From positions 1-29,399 of the forward strand of contig JASHWL010000104.1 of the NCBI GenBank assembly GCA_030044105.1: a stretch of DNA of 29,399 bases. Direction: 5' to 3'. Shown here one piece after another: positions 8,164 through 16,143 of the stretch. The stretch's first letter is position 1. Every line of letters begins with the position of its first letter. Position numbers and translations under genes: made by a program. The notes beneath the pieces were generated by a model. It was given only the letters and a program-made list of their open reading frames with translations, was not told where the DNA came from and made no database searches. This DNA comes from Thermoplasmata archaeon. Its GTDB lineage: Archaea > Thermoplasmatota > Thermoplasmata > Lutacidiplasmatales > UBA184.

Positions 8164-9375
8164 ATGGCCCTGCCCGATCCAGCCATGGACGGTCGGCCCG
8201 TCGTGCTGGCGGCCCGGAACATCCGCAAGCTCTTCCCCATCCGCGGGGGGGTCTTCTCCTCGCACATCGGTGACGTGCACGCGGTCGATGGCGTCAACCT
8301 CACGGTCCGCCAGGGCGAGACCGTGGGGCTCGTGGGAGAGTCGGGCTGCGGCAAGACCACCATGGGCCGCCTCGTCCTGCGGCTGATCGAGCCGACCTCC
8401 GGCCACACCTACTACCGGCCTCCGCCCGAGGTCTTCGACCGGCTCGACGGACTGTACCGCGCGATCGCGCCGACCGGCGCCGAGGAGCCCAACAACGGGA
8501 AGGCCGCCGCCGCCGCCGAGAGCCTGGCGCAGCTCGACGAGATCGCGGAACAGTACTCGCTGTACCGGAAGTCCGGACACCAGATGCGGGAGCTCCGCGG
8601 GCGCCTCCAGATCGTGTTCCAGGATCCGTACAGCTCGCTCTCGCCCCGGATGCTGGTCCGGGACATCGTGACCGAGCCGCTGGCGATCCAGCACGTGGGC
8701 ACGCGCGCCCAGCGCTACGAACGCGCAGCCGAGCTCCTCCGGGAGGTCGGGCTCAACCCGGAGCACCTCTGGCGGTTCCCGCACGAGTTCTCGGGCGGGC
8801 AGCGCCAGCGGATCGGGATCGCGCGCGCGCTCGCGCGGCGTCCGGAGTTCATCGTGCTCGACGAGCCGACCAGCGCCCTCGATGTCTCGGTGCAGGCCCA
8901 GATCCTGAACATCCTGCGCACCCTCCAGGACGAGCAGCAGATCTCCTACCTGTTCATCTCGCACCACCTGTCGGTCGTCCGGGCGATGAGCCAACGGGTG
9001 GTCGTGATGTACCTCGGCCAGATCGTCGAGGAGGCGATGACCGACGAGCTGTTCACCCGGACGCTCCACCCCTACACGCAGGCGCTCCTCTCGGCCATCC
9101 CGATCCCCGACCCGACCCTGAAGCGCCAGCGCATCGTGCTCCAGGGCGACGTGCCGAGCCCCGCGGCCCCGCCGTCCGGGTGCCGCTTCCACACCCGCTG
9201 CCCCGCCGTGATGCCGGTCTGCTCGAAGGTCGAGCCGAGGCTCGCGGAGATCCGGCCCCGGCACTGGGTTTCCTGCCATCTGTACACGCCCCCCGCGGAG
9301 GTCGCTCCGGAGGCCTCGGCGGCCGCCTCGGCGCCGCTCCCGTCGGACGCCGCCCCCTCCGGCGCCGCGAGCTAG
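8164..9375 (+). CDS. dppF: Peptide ABC transporter ATP-binding protein DppF/OppF
   Basis: [31 protein letters not shown]-terminal [11 protein letters not shown]. 403 aa. Confidence 0.93.
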   Translation: MALPDPAMDGRPVVLAARNIRKLFPIRGGVFSSHIGDVHAVDGVNLTVRQGETVGLVGESGCGKTTMGRLVLRLIEPTSGHTYYRPPPEVFDRLDGLYRAIAPTGAEEPNNGKAAAAAESLAQLDEIAEQYSLYRKSGHQMRELRGRLQIVFQDPYSSLSPRMLVRDIVTEPLAIQHVGTRAQRYERAAELLREVGLNPEHLWRFPHEFSGGQRQRIGIARALARRPEFIVLDEPTSALDVSVQAQILNILRTLQDEQQISYLFISHHLSVVRAMSQRVVVMYLGQIVEEAMTDELFTRTLHPYTQALLSAIPIPDPTLKRQRIVLQGDVPSPAAPPSGCRFHTRCPAVMPVCSKVEPRLAEIRPRHWVSCHLYTPPAEVAPEASAAASAPLPSDAAPSGAAS

Positions 9376-9401
9376 GCGCCCGGAGGCTCTCGAGGAGGGC
9401 C

Positions 9402-9959
9402 ATGGCGACGGACGGATTCCCCGAGGGGGGGCCCAGCACGAGCTCGGGAGGGAAGCGTCGCTGGTTCGGGCTGCCGAGCCAGTCCGACCTGCCCCCCGAG
9501 GTCCGCGAGGAGATGGAGCTGGCCCGGCAGGACCCGGGACCCACGTGGCGACAGTGGTTCTTCTTCAGCGCCGCGAAGTGGTGGCTGGGCCTCGCCTTCC
9601 TCGTCGTGGACGTCTGGATCCTCGTGAGCGCGCTCACGTACGGTCCGCTCACCCTGCTGCTCCTCGTGGTCGCGGTCTACGCGGAGATCTTCACCTGGCA
9701 GTACCTCTGGCACCGGCCCGAAGGCCGGTCCCAGAGCGCGAAGGGTGCGCGCCGGATGTGGTGGATCCGACCCGTGGCGGTCGGGCGGTGGACGCCCGAA
9801 GCCGAGGAGGACCGGGTCCCCGCCCCGGTCTCGGGGGCCACGGACCATGGCCCGGACCCGCGAGAGTTCCTGCAGGACATCTGGGGCCCCCGCCCAGCGG
9901 TCGGACGGAGCGAGGCCCGACGGGGAGGGGCGCCGGCCCCACCGAAGGGACGGACCTGA
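9402..9959 (+). CDS. Hypothetical membrane protein (two TM segments, Trp-rich)
   Basis: GAGGAGG Shine-Dalgarno before the ATG at 9402. Hydrophobic hairpin KWWLGLAFLVVDVWILVSAL / LTLLLLVVAVYAEIFTWQYLW. Lies at the end of the dpp operon. Confidence 0.7.
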   Translation: MATDGFPEGGPSTSSGGKRRWFGLPSQSDLPPEVREEMELARQDPGPTWRQWFFFSAAKWWLGLAFLVVDVWILVSALTYGPLTLLLLVVAVYAEIFTWQYLWHRPEGRSQSAKGARRMWWIRPVAVGRWTPEAEEDRVPAPVSGATDHGPDPREFLQDIWGPRPAVGRSEARRGGAPAPPKGRT

Positions 9960-9971
9960 GAAGAACAAGCT

Positions 9972-10000
9972 CGCCGAGGACCCAGGCCGGGTCCTCGGCG
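9972..10000. terminator. 12-bp GC stem-loop between convergent genes
   Basis: CGCCGAGGACCC-AGGCC-GGGTCCTCGGCG is a perfect inverted repeat. On the minus strand it is followed by a pyrimidine run (TTGTTCTTCT). Confidence 0.6.
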
Positions 10001-10052
10001 GCGGGGAAAGGGTTGCGTGCGTCCTGTCGCGTTCGATCTTACGCGGCCCCGC

Positions 10053-13000
10053 TCAGACCACTCCGTTCCCCTGCACGAAGTAGAACAGGTTGTCGCCTGC
10101 CCACATCGGGTTGAGGTCCAAGGTCGCCGGGTTGATCCACGGCGCGTAGGTGCCGACCCCGTCCTGCTGGAGGGTGTACTGCTGGAGGGACAGCGCGTTC
10201 CCGATGTGCTCGATCATGTTGTAAAGCAGCGTTCGGGTCGCTCCCGCGGGCGTCGTCCCCGCGATCCCCATCCAGTAGTCCATCGTCATGAACGCCACGC
10301 CCTGGCAGTCCTGCGGGATGTAGGGGGTGTTCGCCCAGAACGGCAGGTTGTCGAGGTAGCTCTCGCACGACTGCCCACCGATGGTGCCCGAGTTGTAGGC
10401 CGCCTGGCTGAACGTGTAGAACGTCGCGTCCGGCGAGCCGTACGACCCGTTGGTCCAGAGGGTCGGCATGTAGTCCGTCGGGTCCGGGAAGTCGGGCGCC
10501 CAGCCGAGCGTGTAGAGCGGCAGGGCCAGCGTGGACGGCGGGCTCGAGAGCGTGTCGGTCACGAGCTGGCTGAAGCTCAGATCGAACGTGTTCGGCTGCA
10601 GAGCTCCACCCGACAGCGCCTCGATCTCGTGGATCCACAGCTGGATCGCCGCGTCCCCGCTCGGGTCGCCGAGCTCCCCGATGATGGGGAACTCGCACGG
10701 GTTGGAGGTGGTGCAGTGCTGCGCCACCCACGAGTCGTAGAGCGGGCTCGACGTGTTCGAGTACAGCTGGGCCCACCACCACGCGGCCGTCCCGGGCACG
10801 GTCGGCGTATTGCCCGGATCGGTCGAGGGCCACGTGATGTTCTCGGGATAGTAGTTGCCCATCCCGCTCGGGATCGCTCCACCGTAGTTGGACCCGTACT
10901 CGATGCCGTCGACCGTGTTGATGGTGTTCTCCACGGTCGTGTACGGGAAGGCGTAGTTGATGAAGTTCCGCACCGAGTCCGAGGCGAAGAAGGTGCCCGG
11001 GACGTTCAGGGTGAACGGATCGATCGCCTGGGCTGCCTGGACGTCGAAGGTGATCGCGTAGCTGTAGAAGAAGATGTTCAGCGTCGGTGCAGTGACCGCG
11101 CCGATCTTCCCCTCCGAGATCAGCGACAACATCGTCGGCGTCTCGGGCGGCAATATCGTCGCGAAGTCCGTCTGCTGCGCGATGTATTGCTGGATCCCTT
11201 CGGTATCCGAGTCGTCCCAGTAGACCTTCACGTTCGGCGCGTAGGTCCCGGGCGCCGGCTCGCACCACTGCTGGCCCACGCAACCGGTGGGTTGCTGGTA
11301 GGCCGGGTTCGCCGCGAGCGTGTAGCCGACCGCCGCGTTCCAGGCGCCGACCAGGTAGTACGGGCCCGAGCCGACCGCGTTGTAGCGGACCTCCTTGTTG
11401 ATCGCCGGGTTGTTAAACTCGAGCTCCTGCATCGCATCCCACCCGGTCATCCCGAGCGTGTTGTTGATGTAGTTCAGGAAGGTCACACCGTTGATCGACT
11501 CGGTCGTGCTGGTGTAACCCCCGGGCAGGGTCGTCGGGCAGTCCCCGCTGCTCGGGCAGGTCGAGGGGAGCGTCCACCCGGGCAGCATCGCGCCCGTCCC
11601 CTGCTGCGTGAACCAGCCCGCGGGAACGATCCCGCTGCCGAGCGGGTCCGCGATGAACTGCAGGAAGTTCGACCACGCGCGCGGAGGCAGCGTCAGGCCG
11701 TTCTGCGCGCCCGGCGCGTTCGCCACGAACGTCACGCAGCCGTTGTCCTGACTCATCGCGATCGCCGGACAGTAGCTACTGTCGTTGACCAGCATCGAGT
11801 TGAAGATATTGTACGGGGTGTTGTTGAACGGCTGGTGGATCCCGTACCCGGTGAGCGCCGAGCTGTCCCAGGTCAGGTTCCCCGCGGGTAGCAACGCTTC
11901 CGAATCGATCCAGCCGGCGGTCGCCTCGATGGCCGGAAGGTCCGCGTAGGACATCGTCCGGGCGAAGCTGAACACGACGTCCGACGGGTAGACCGGCCAC
12001 GACACCTTGGTCGTCGGGTCATAGAACCGGGCGTTGGAGTCGAGGACGAACGTCCAGTAGACGTCCTGGCCCTGCGAGTTCGCCGTCAGAAGGTCGTTGC
12101 CGCCGTAGAGCGACGCGCACTGCGCCGTGCCCGGAACGCAGGTCGCCAGCTGCGGGATGAACGTAGCGGTGCTCGTCCCGTTGTAGGTGACCAGCGTCTG
12201 GTAGACGTTGTAGACGATCTCGGCGCTGACCGTGTCGTAGGAGATCGCGGGGTCGATCGTCGTCGCGCCCGCCGGAGCGACCTCGTACGCGGTGATCGTC
12301 CCCGAGTGGGGCGAAGTCGCGGAGTGGCTCGAGCTGGTTCGGCACTGGCCGCAGCCCGGCGCGAGTCCGCTGGGGCTCACGTAGACCGACCAGGTGTAGT
12401 TCTGGTAGATCGTCTGCGAGGTGGCGGTGTCCAGGATCGGACCCACCATCGTGATGGTGTAGGCGCCTGCGGAGGCGAAGCTGTAGGTGGCCGACCCGCC
12501 CGAGGACGTCGGCGAGGCCGACGTCTGCGTCCCGCCGGTGGCGGTGAAGGACGTCGTCTGCGGAACGTAGGCCGGGTTCGCCGGCGCGGTCGTGTAGGTG
12601 GCGGACACGGAGATCGTCCCCTTGCCGCCGGAGAGCCAGCCGTACTGGGTGGCGGCGGTGGAGCCGTTGGTCAGGGTCGCCGTGACGGTCGGGTAGTAGC
12701 CCGAGCTCTGCGTGCCGAGCGACGGGCCGATGACGACGGGGTAGAGCGCGGCCGTGCCCGTGTGCCACACGCCCTTGACCTCCGCCTGGGCGGAGACGAC
12801 GTAGGTTCCGAGGCCCGCGTAGGTGTGGCTGAACGTCGGAGCGAGCTGGGTGGTGTTGGTGCCGTCGCCCCAGTTCACCTGGTAGTCGGACGCGGCTTCA
12901 GGAACGCTGACGGTGACAGGAAGACTTTGGCCCTGGGTCAGGGTAAGGACAGAAGTACCGAACGCGGGAGAATACGCCACGAACGTACTCACGTCGTTTC

Positions 13001-13214
13001 CCCCGGCGGCCGCCTTACACGCCGCGCTCGTCGCCGGAGCGCAGGACGTGACGGTCGTGGGCGAGGAGCTGCTGACGGAGCTCAGCGCGGCATAGCCGCC
13101 GGCCCCGACCACGATGATCACCACGATCAGGATCACCGGCGCGAGGACCATCGACGCGCCCCTTCGGCCCGACCAGTTCTTAGGATTCTCGTTCTGCTGT
13201 GCGCTCATGGACAT
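10053..13214 (-). CDS. dppA: Large family-5 (peptide/nickel) ABC substrate-binding protein with N-terminal membrane anchor and PKD-like domain
   Basis: TIDPAISYD..S.EI..NVYQTLV, DVVFSF.R, GSGPYY, LGWAPDFPDP.DY are family-5 SBP hallmarks. VNWGDG...HTY...G.Y.V is a PKD-like repeat. Start uncertain among 13226, 13214 and 13208; 13214 follows GTGAGGG. Confidence 0.85.
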   Translation of the reverse strand: MSMSAQQNENPKNWSGRRGASMVLAPVILIVVIIVVGAGGYAALSSVSSSSPTTVTSCAPATSAACKAAAGGNDVSTFVAYSPAFGTSVLTLTQGQSLPVTVSVPEAASDYQVNWGDGTNTTQLAPTFSHTYAGLGTYVVSAQAEVKGVWHTGTAALYPVVIGPSLGTQSSGYYPTVTATLTNGSTAATQYGWLSGGKGTISVSATYTTAPANPAYVPQTTSFTATGGTQTSASPTSSGGSATYSFASAGAYTITMVGPILDTATSQTIYQNYTWSVYVSPSGLAPGCGQCRTSSSHSATSPHSGTITAYEVAPAGATTIDPAISYDTVSAEIVYNVYQTLVTYNGTSTATFIPQLATCVPGTAQCASLYGGNDLLTANSQGQDVYWTFVLDSNARFYDPTTKVSWPVYPSDVVFSFARTMSYADLPAIEATAGWIDSEALLPAGNLTWDSSALTGYGIHQPFNNTPYNIFNSMLVNDSSYCPAIAMSQDNGCVTFVANAPGAQNGLTLPPRAWSNFLQFIADPLGSGIVPAGWFTQQGTGAMLPGWTLPSTCPSSGDCPTTLPGGYTSTTESINGVTFLNYINNTLGMTGWDAMQELEFNNPAINKEVRYNAVGSGPYYLVGAWNAAVGYTLAANPAYQQPTGCVGQQWCEPAPGTYAPNVKVYWDDSDTEGIQQYIAQQTDFATILPPETPTMLSLISEGKIGAVTAPTLNIFFYSYAITFDVQAAQAIDPFTLNVPGTFFASDSVRNFINYAFPYTTVENTINTVDGIEYGSNYGGAIPSGMGNYYPENITWPSTDPGNTPTVPGTAAWWWAQLYSNTSSPLYDSWVAQHCTTSNPCEFPIIGELGDPSGDAAIQLWIHEIEALSGGALQPNTFDLSFSQLVTDTLSSPPSTLALPLYTLGWAPDFPDPTDYMPTLWTNGSYGSPDATFYTFSQAAYNSGTIGGQSCESYLDNLPFWANTPYIPQDCQGVAFMTMDYWMGIAGTTPAGATRTLLYNMIEHIGNALSLQQYTLQQDGVGTYAPWINPATLDLNPMWAGDNLFYFVQGNGVV

Positions 13215-13266
13215 TGTGTCCCTCACGACCCCCGCGACGGGGTCTTACGGCCGAGCCCTGAGCCGG

Positions 13267-13274
13267 TATATATA
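13267..13274. promoter_or_regulatory. Palindromic TATATATA box between divergent dppA and rpe
   Basis: Only TATA-like element in the ~80-nt gap. It lies 22 nt upstream of the rpe GTG (13296) and about 53 nt upstream of the dppA ATG. Confidence 0.65.
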
Positions 13275-13295
13275 CTCTTAGAAGTTGTGCGCGCC

Positions 13296-13991
13296 GTGCC
13301 GGGCGGAGAGCGCCGGCTCCGCCTGGCCCCTTCGCTCCTCAGCGCCGATTTCGGTGCCTTGGGGGAGGCCGTCCGGACCGCGGAGGCGGGCGGGGCGGAC
13401 GCCTTCCATCTCGACGTGATGGACGGCCATTTCGTTCCGAACATCTCGTTCGGTCCCGCGCTGGTCGCGGCCGTGCGAGCACGGACCCGCCTGCCGCTCG
13501 ACATCCACCTGATGATCGCGAACCCGCTCAAATTCCTCGATGCGTTCCGCCGGGCCGGGGGCGACACGCTCGTGTTCCACGTCGAGTCCGACGACGATCC
13601 GGCTGAGGTCGTCCGCGCGGTCCACGCGATGGGACTGCGCGTGGGGGCGGCCCTCCGTCCGGACACGCCGTTCTCCTCGGTCGCTGGCCTAGCCCCGGAC
13701 GTCGACCAGCTGCTGGTGATGAGCGTCCATCCGGGCTTCTCCGGCCAGCGGTTCATCCCGGACGTGCTCCCGAAGGTCGAGGCCGCTCGGGCGCGTCTCG
13801 ACGAGGTCGGCCACGGCGGCGATGTCTCGATCGACGGCGGGGTCAACGTCGCGACGGCCGCCGAGGCCGCGCGCGCGGGGGCGACGTTCTTCGTGTGCGG
13901 GAACGCCGTCTTCGATGGCCAGCCCGTCGCCGAGAACCTCCGCCGGCTCCGCGCCGCGATCGAGGAAGGAGCGGCCCATGCGGTTCGCTGA
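13296..13991 (+). CDS. rpe: Ribulose-phosphate 3-epimerase
   Basis: APSLLSADF, HLDVMDGHFVPNISFGP, DIHLMI, FHVE, MSV.PGFSGQ.F, IDGGVN. Start set at the GTG at 13296; the upstream part of the tracked 561-aa ORF is antisense shadow of dppA. Confidence 0.95.
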   Translation: MPGGERRLRLAPSLLSADFGALGEAVRTAEAGGADAFHLDVMDGHFVPNISFGPALVAAVRARTRLPLDIHLMIANPLKFLDAFRRAGGDTLVFHVESDDDPAEVVRAVHAMGLRVGAALRPDTPFSSVAGLAPDVDQLLVMSVHPGFSGQRFIPDVLPKVEAARARLDEVGHGGDVSIDGGVNVATAAEAARAGATFFVCGNAVFDGQPVAENLRRLRAAIEEGAAHAVR

Positions 13992-15762
13992 GCTCGCCGG
14001 CGCCTACGGGCGCCTCGAGGCGACCTCGAAACGCCTCGAGATGCGCCAGATCCTGGCGGACCTGGTCCGCCCGCTCCGGGGGGAGGAGCTCGCCCACGTC
14101 CTCTACCTCTCGCAGGGTCAGCTCCTTCCCGAGTACGAGGGCGTGGAGCTCGGCGTCGCCGGTTCCCTCGCCGTCCGCGCGCTGGCACAAGCGTCCGGGG
14201 TCGCGGAGGCGACCGTCGCCTCCCACGCGAAGCGGGCCGGCGACCTCGGGACCACCGCCGAGGAGCTCTTCGCGCCGCACGCACCGCCCGCCGCGAGCGC
14301 CGCGCTCTCGGTGCGCGATGTCTACGAGGGCCTCCGCGCGATCGCCGCCGCCAAGGGCGAGGCCTCTCAGGCGGAGAAGATCCGGGTGCTGACCGGGCTG
14401 CTGGAACGAGCCGGTCCCCAGGAGGCGAAGTTCCTGATCCGGTTCGTCCTCGGGACCCTGCGCGTGGGCGTCCGCGAGATGACGATCCTCGACGCGCTCA
14501 CCCTCGCGTTCGCCGACGGATCGAAGGACGCGCGCGCGAAGATCGAGGCGGCGTTCAACGTATCGAGCGACCTGGGCCTCGTGGCGCGGGCGCTGGTCGA
14601 GCACGGCCTCGACGGGGTCGGCCGCATCGGGCTCGAGGTCGGTCGGCCGATCCGCCCCATGCTCGCCGAGCGCGAGCCCTCGCTCGACGCCGTGCTGAAA
14701 CGCATGGGCGGCGAGGCCGCGCTCGAGTACAAGTACGACGGGCTCCGCATCCAGGCGCACGTCCCGGCGCACGGGCCGCCCGAGCTGTTCTCGCGCCGGC
14801 TCGAGAACATGAGCGCGCAGTTCCCCGAGCTGATCGCCGAGCTGCCGAAGGCGCTGGCCGTGAAGCCGGCGATCGTCGAGGGCGAGTGCGTGCCGATCGA
14901 TCTCGACACCGACGAGATCCAGCCGTTCCAGGAGGTGTCGCGGCGCCGGGGGCGCAAGCACGACCTGGACAAGGTCCAGGCGGAGATCCCGGTCGCGCTG
15001 TTCCTCTTCGACGTGCTGCTCGCCGGCCCGGAGGACGTCTCGGCCGAGGACTTCCCGGCGCGCCGGCGGCGGCTCGAGCAGCTCCTCCGACCCACCGACC
15101 GCGTGCGGCTCGCGCAGCAGCGGATCGTGCGGTCGGTCGACGAGGCGACCGCGTTCCTGGAGGAGGCCGTGAGCGGGGGAGCCGAGGGCGTCATGGCGAA
15201 GTCGCTCGGGCCCGGAAGCCGCTACCGGGCGGGCGCCCGGGGCTACTGGTGGATCAAGTACAAGCGGGACTATACGACCGGGCTCACCGACTCGATCGAC
15301 GGAGTCGTGGTCGGGGGGTTCGCCGGACGCGGGCGTCGGGCGGGGCGGTTCGGCGCGTTCCTGCTCGCCGTCTACGACGCGAAGCGGGACAAGTTCGAGT
15401 CGTTCTGCAAGGTCGGGAGCGGGTTCGACGACGCGCAGCTGAAGGAGATGCCGCGGCGCATGAAGCCGTTCGAGGTCGAGGCGGCGCCCCCCTCCGTGGA
15501 GACCGGGCTGACCCCGGACCAGTGGTTCCGGCCCGGGGTCGTGATCGAGGTCCGCGGGGCCGAGCTGACGCTGAGCCCGATCCACCGAGCGGCCGCCGGG
15601 GCGATCCGCCCTGGGGTCGGCTTCGCCCTGAGGTTCCCGCGGTTCACCGGACGGATCCGGGAGGACAAGTCGGCCACCGATGCGACCACCTCGAAGGAAC
15701 TCCTCGAGATGTACCGGGGGCAGGTCCGTCGCGAGGCCGCGGAGGGCGACGGCGAGGCGTGA
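13978..15762 (+). CDS. lig: ATP-dependent DNA ligase
   Basis: Motif I EYKYDGLRIQ, III EGE, IIIa FDVL, IV EGVMAK, V WIKYKRDY, VI LRFPRF..IREDK. Archaeal-type DNA-binding domain at the N-terminus. ATG at 13978 overlaps the rpe end. Confidence 0.96.
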   Translation: MRFAELAGAYGRLEATSKRLEMRQILADLVRPLRGEELAHVLYLSQGQLLPEYEGVELGVAGSLAVRALAQASGVAEATVASHAKRAGDLGTTAEELFAPHAPPAASAALSVRDVYEGLRAIAAAKGEASQAEKIRVLTGLLERAGPQEAKFLIRFVLGTLRVGVREMTILDALTLAFADGSKDARAKIEAAFNVSSDLGLVARALVEHGLDGVGRIGLEVGRPIRPMLAEREPSLDAVLKRMGGEAALEYKYDGLRIQAHVPAHGPPELFSRRLENMSAQFPELIAELPKALAVKPAIVEGECVPIDLDTDEIQPFQEVSRRRGRKHDLDKVQAEIPVALFLFDVLLAGPEDVSAEDFPARRRRLEQLLRPTDRVRLAQQRIVRSVDEATAFLEEAVSGGAEGVMAKSLGPGSRYRAGARGYWWIKYKRDYTTGLTDSIDGVVVGGFAGRGRRAGRFGAFLLAVYDAKRDKFESFCKVGSGFDDAQLKEMPRRMKPFEVEAAPPSVETGLTPDQWFRPGVVIEVRGAELTLSPIHRAAAGAIRPGVGFALRFPRFTGRIREDKSATDATTSKELLEMYRGQVRREAAEGDGEA

Positions 15763-15840
15763 TCCGGCCGACCGAGAGTGCTTCTCCGCCCAAAGGCATA
15801 AGAAGGCCGGGCTGCGTCGCCGACAGTCGGGTACGCCACC

Positions 15841-16137
15841 ATGCTGGTCGAGATGACCGAACTCCTGGGCCGCCAGATCTACACGCCCGATGGACGACTC
15901 CTCGGCGAGGTCGACAACGTCATCGTCGACGTCGAGGCCGCGAAGATCGATGGGATCTACGTCGACGAGACCAGCCCCATGTTAGTGGAGGATTCCCGGC
16001 CCACCAACGTGCCGTACCGGTGGGTGTCCGCCGTCAACGACGTCGTGCTGCTCAAGTACTTCCCGAAGCGGGTCTCCCTGAAGAAGGCCCCGGCGCGCGG
16101 CGCGAAGGACGTCGCGGCGGCTCCCCCGGCGCAGTAG
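15841..16137 (+). CDS. PRC-barrel domain protein (CdpB-like)
   Basis: E.T.L.GR.IY..DG..LGEV..V.VD and PYRWV.AV.DV.L are the pattern of small archaeal PRC-barrel proteins. 98 aa. Confidence 0.85.
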   Translation: MLVEMTELLGRQIYTPDGRLLGEVDNVIVDVEAAKIDGIYVDETSPMLVEDSRPTNVPYRWVSAVNDVVLLKYFPKRVSLKKAPARGAKDVAAAPPAQ

Positions 16138-16143
16138 CGCGGT

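Noticed and set aside
9855-9959. Possible stop-loss extension after GPDPREFL (CAG at 9873) in the hypothetical membrane protein
   Set aside because: Cannot be judged without homologue sequences.
12306-13295. Apparent N-terminal extension making Rpe a 561-aa fusion
   Set aside because: The extension is antisense to dppA and crosses the TATA box; homology begins only near 13296.
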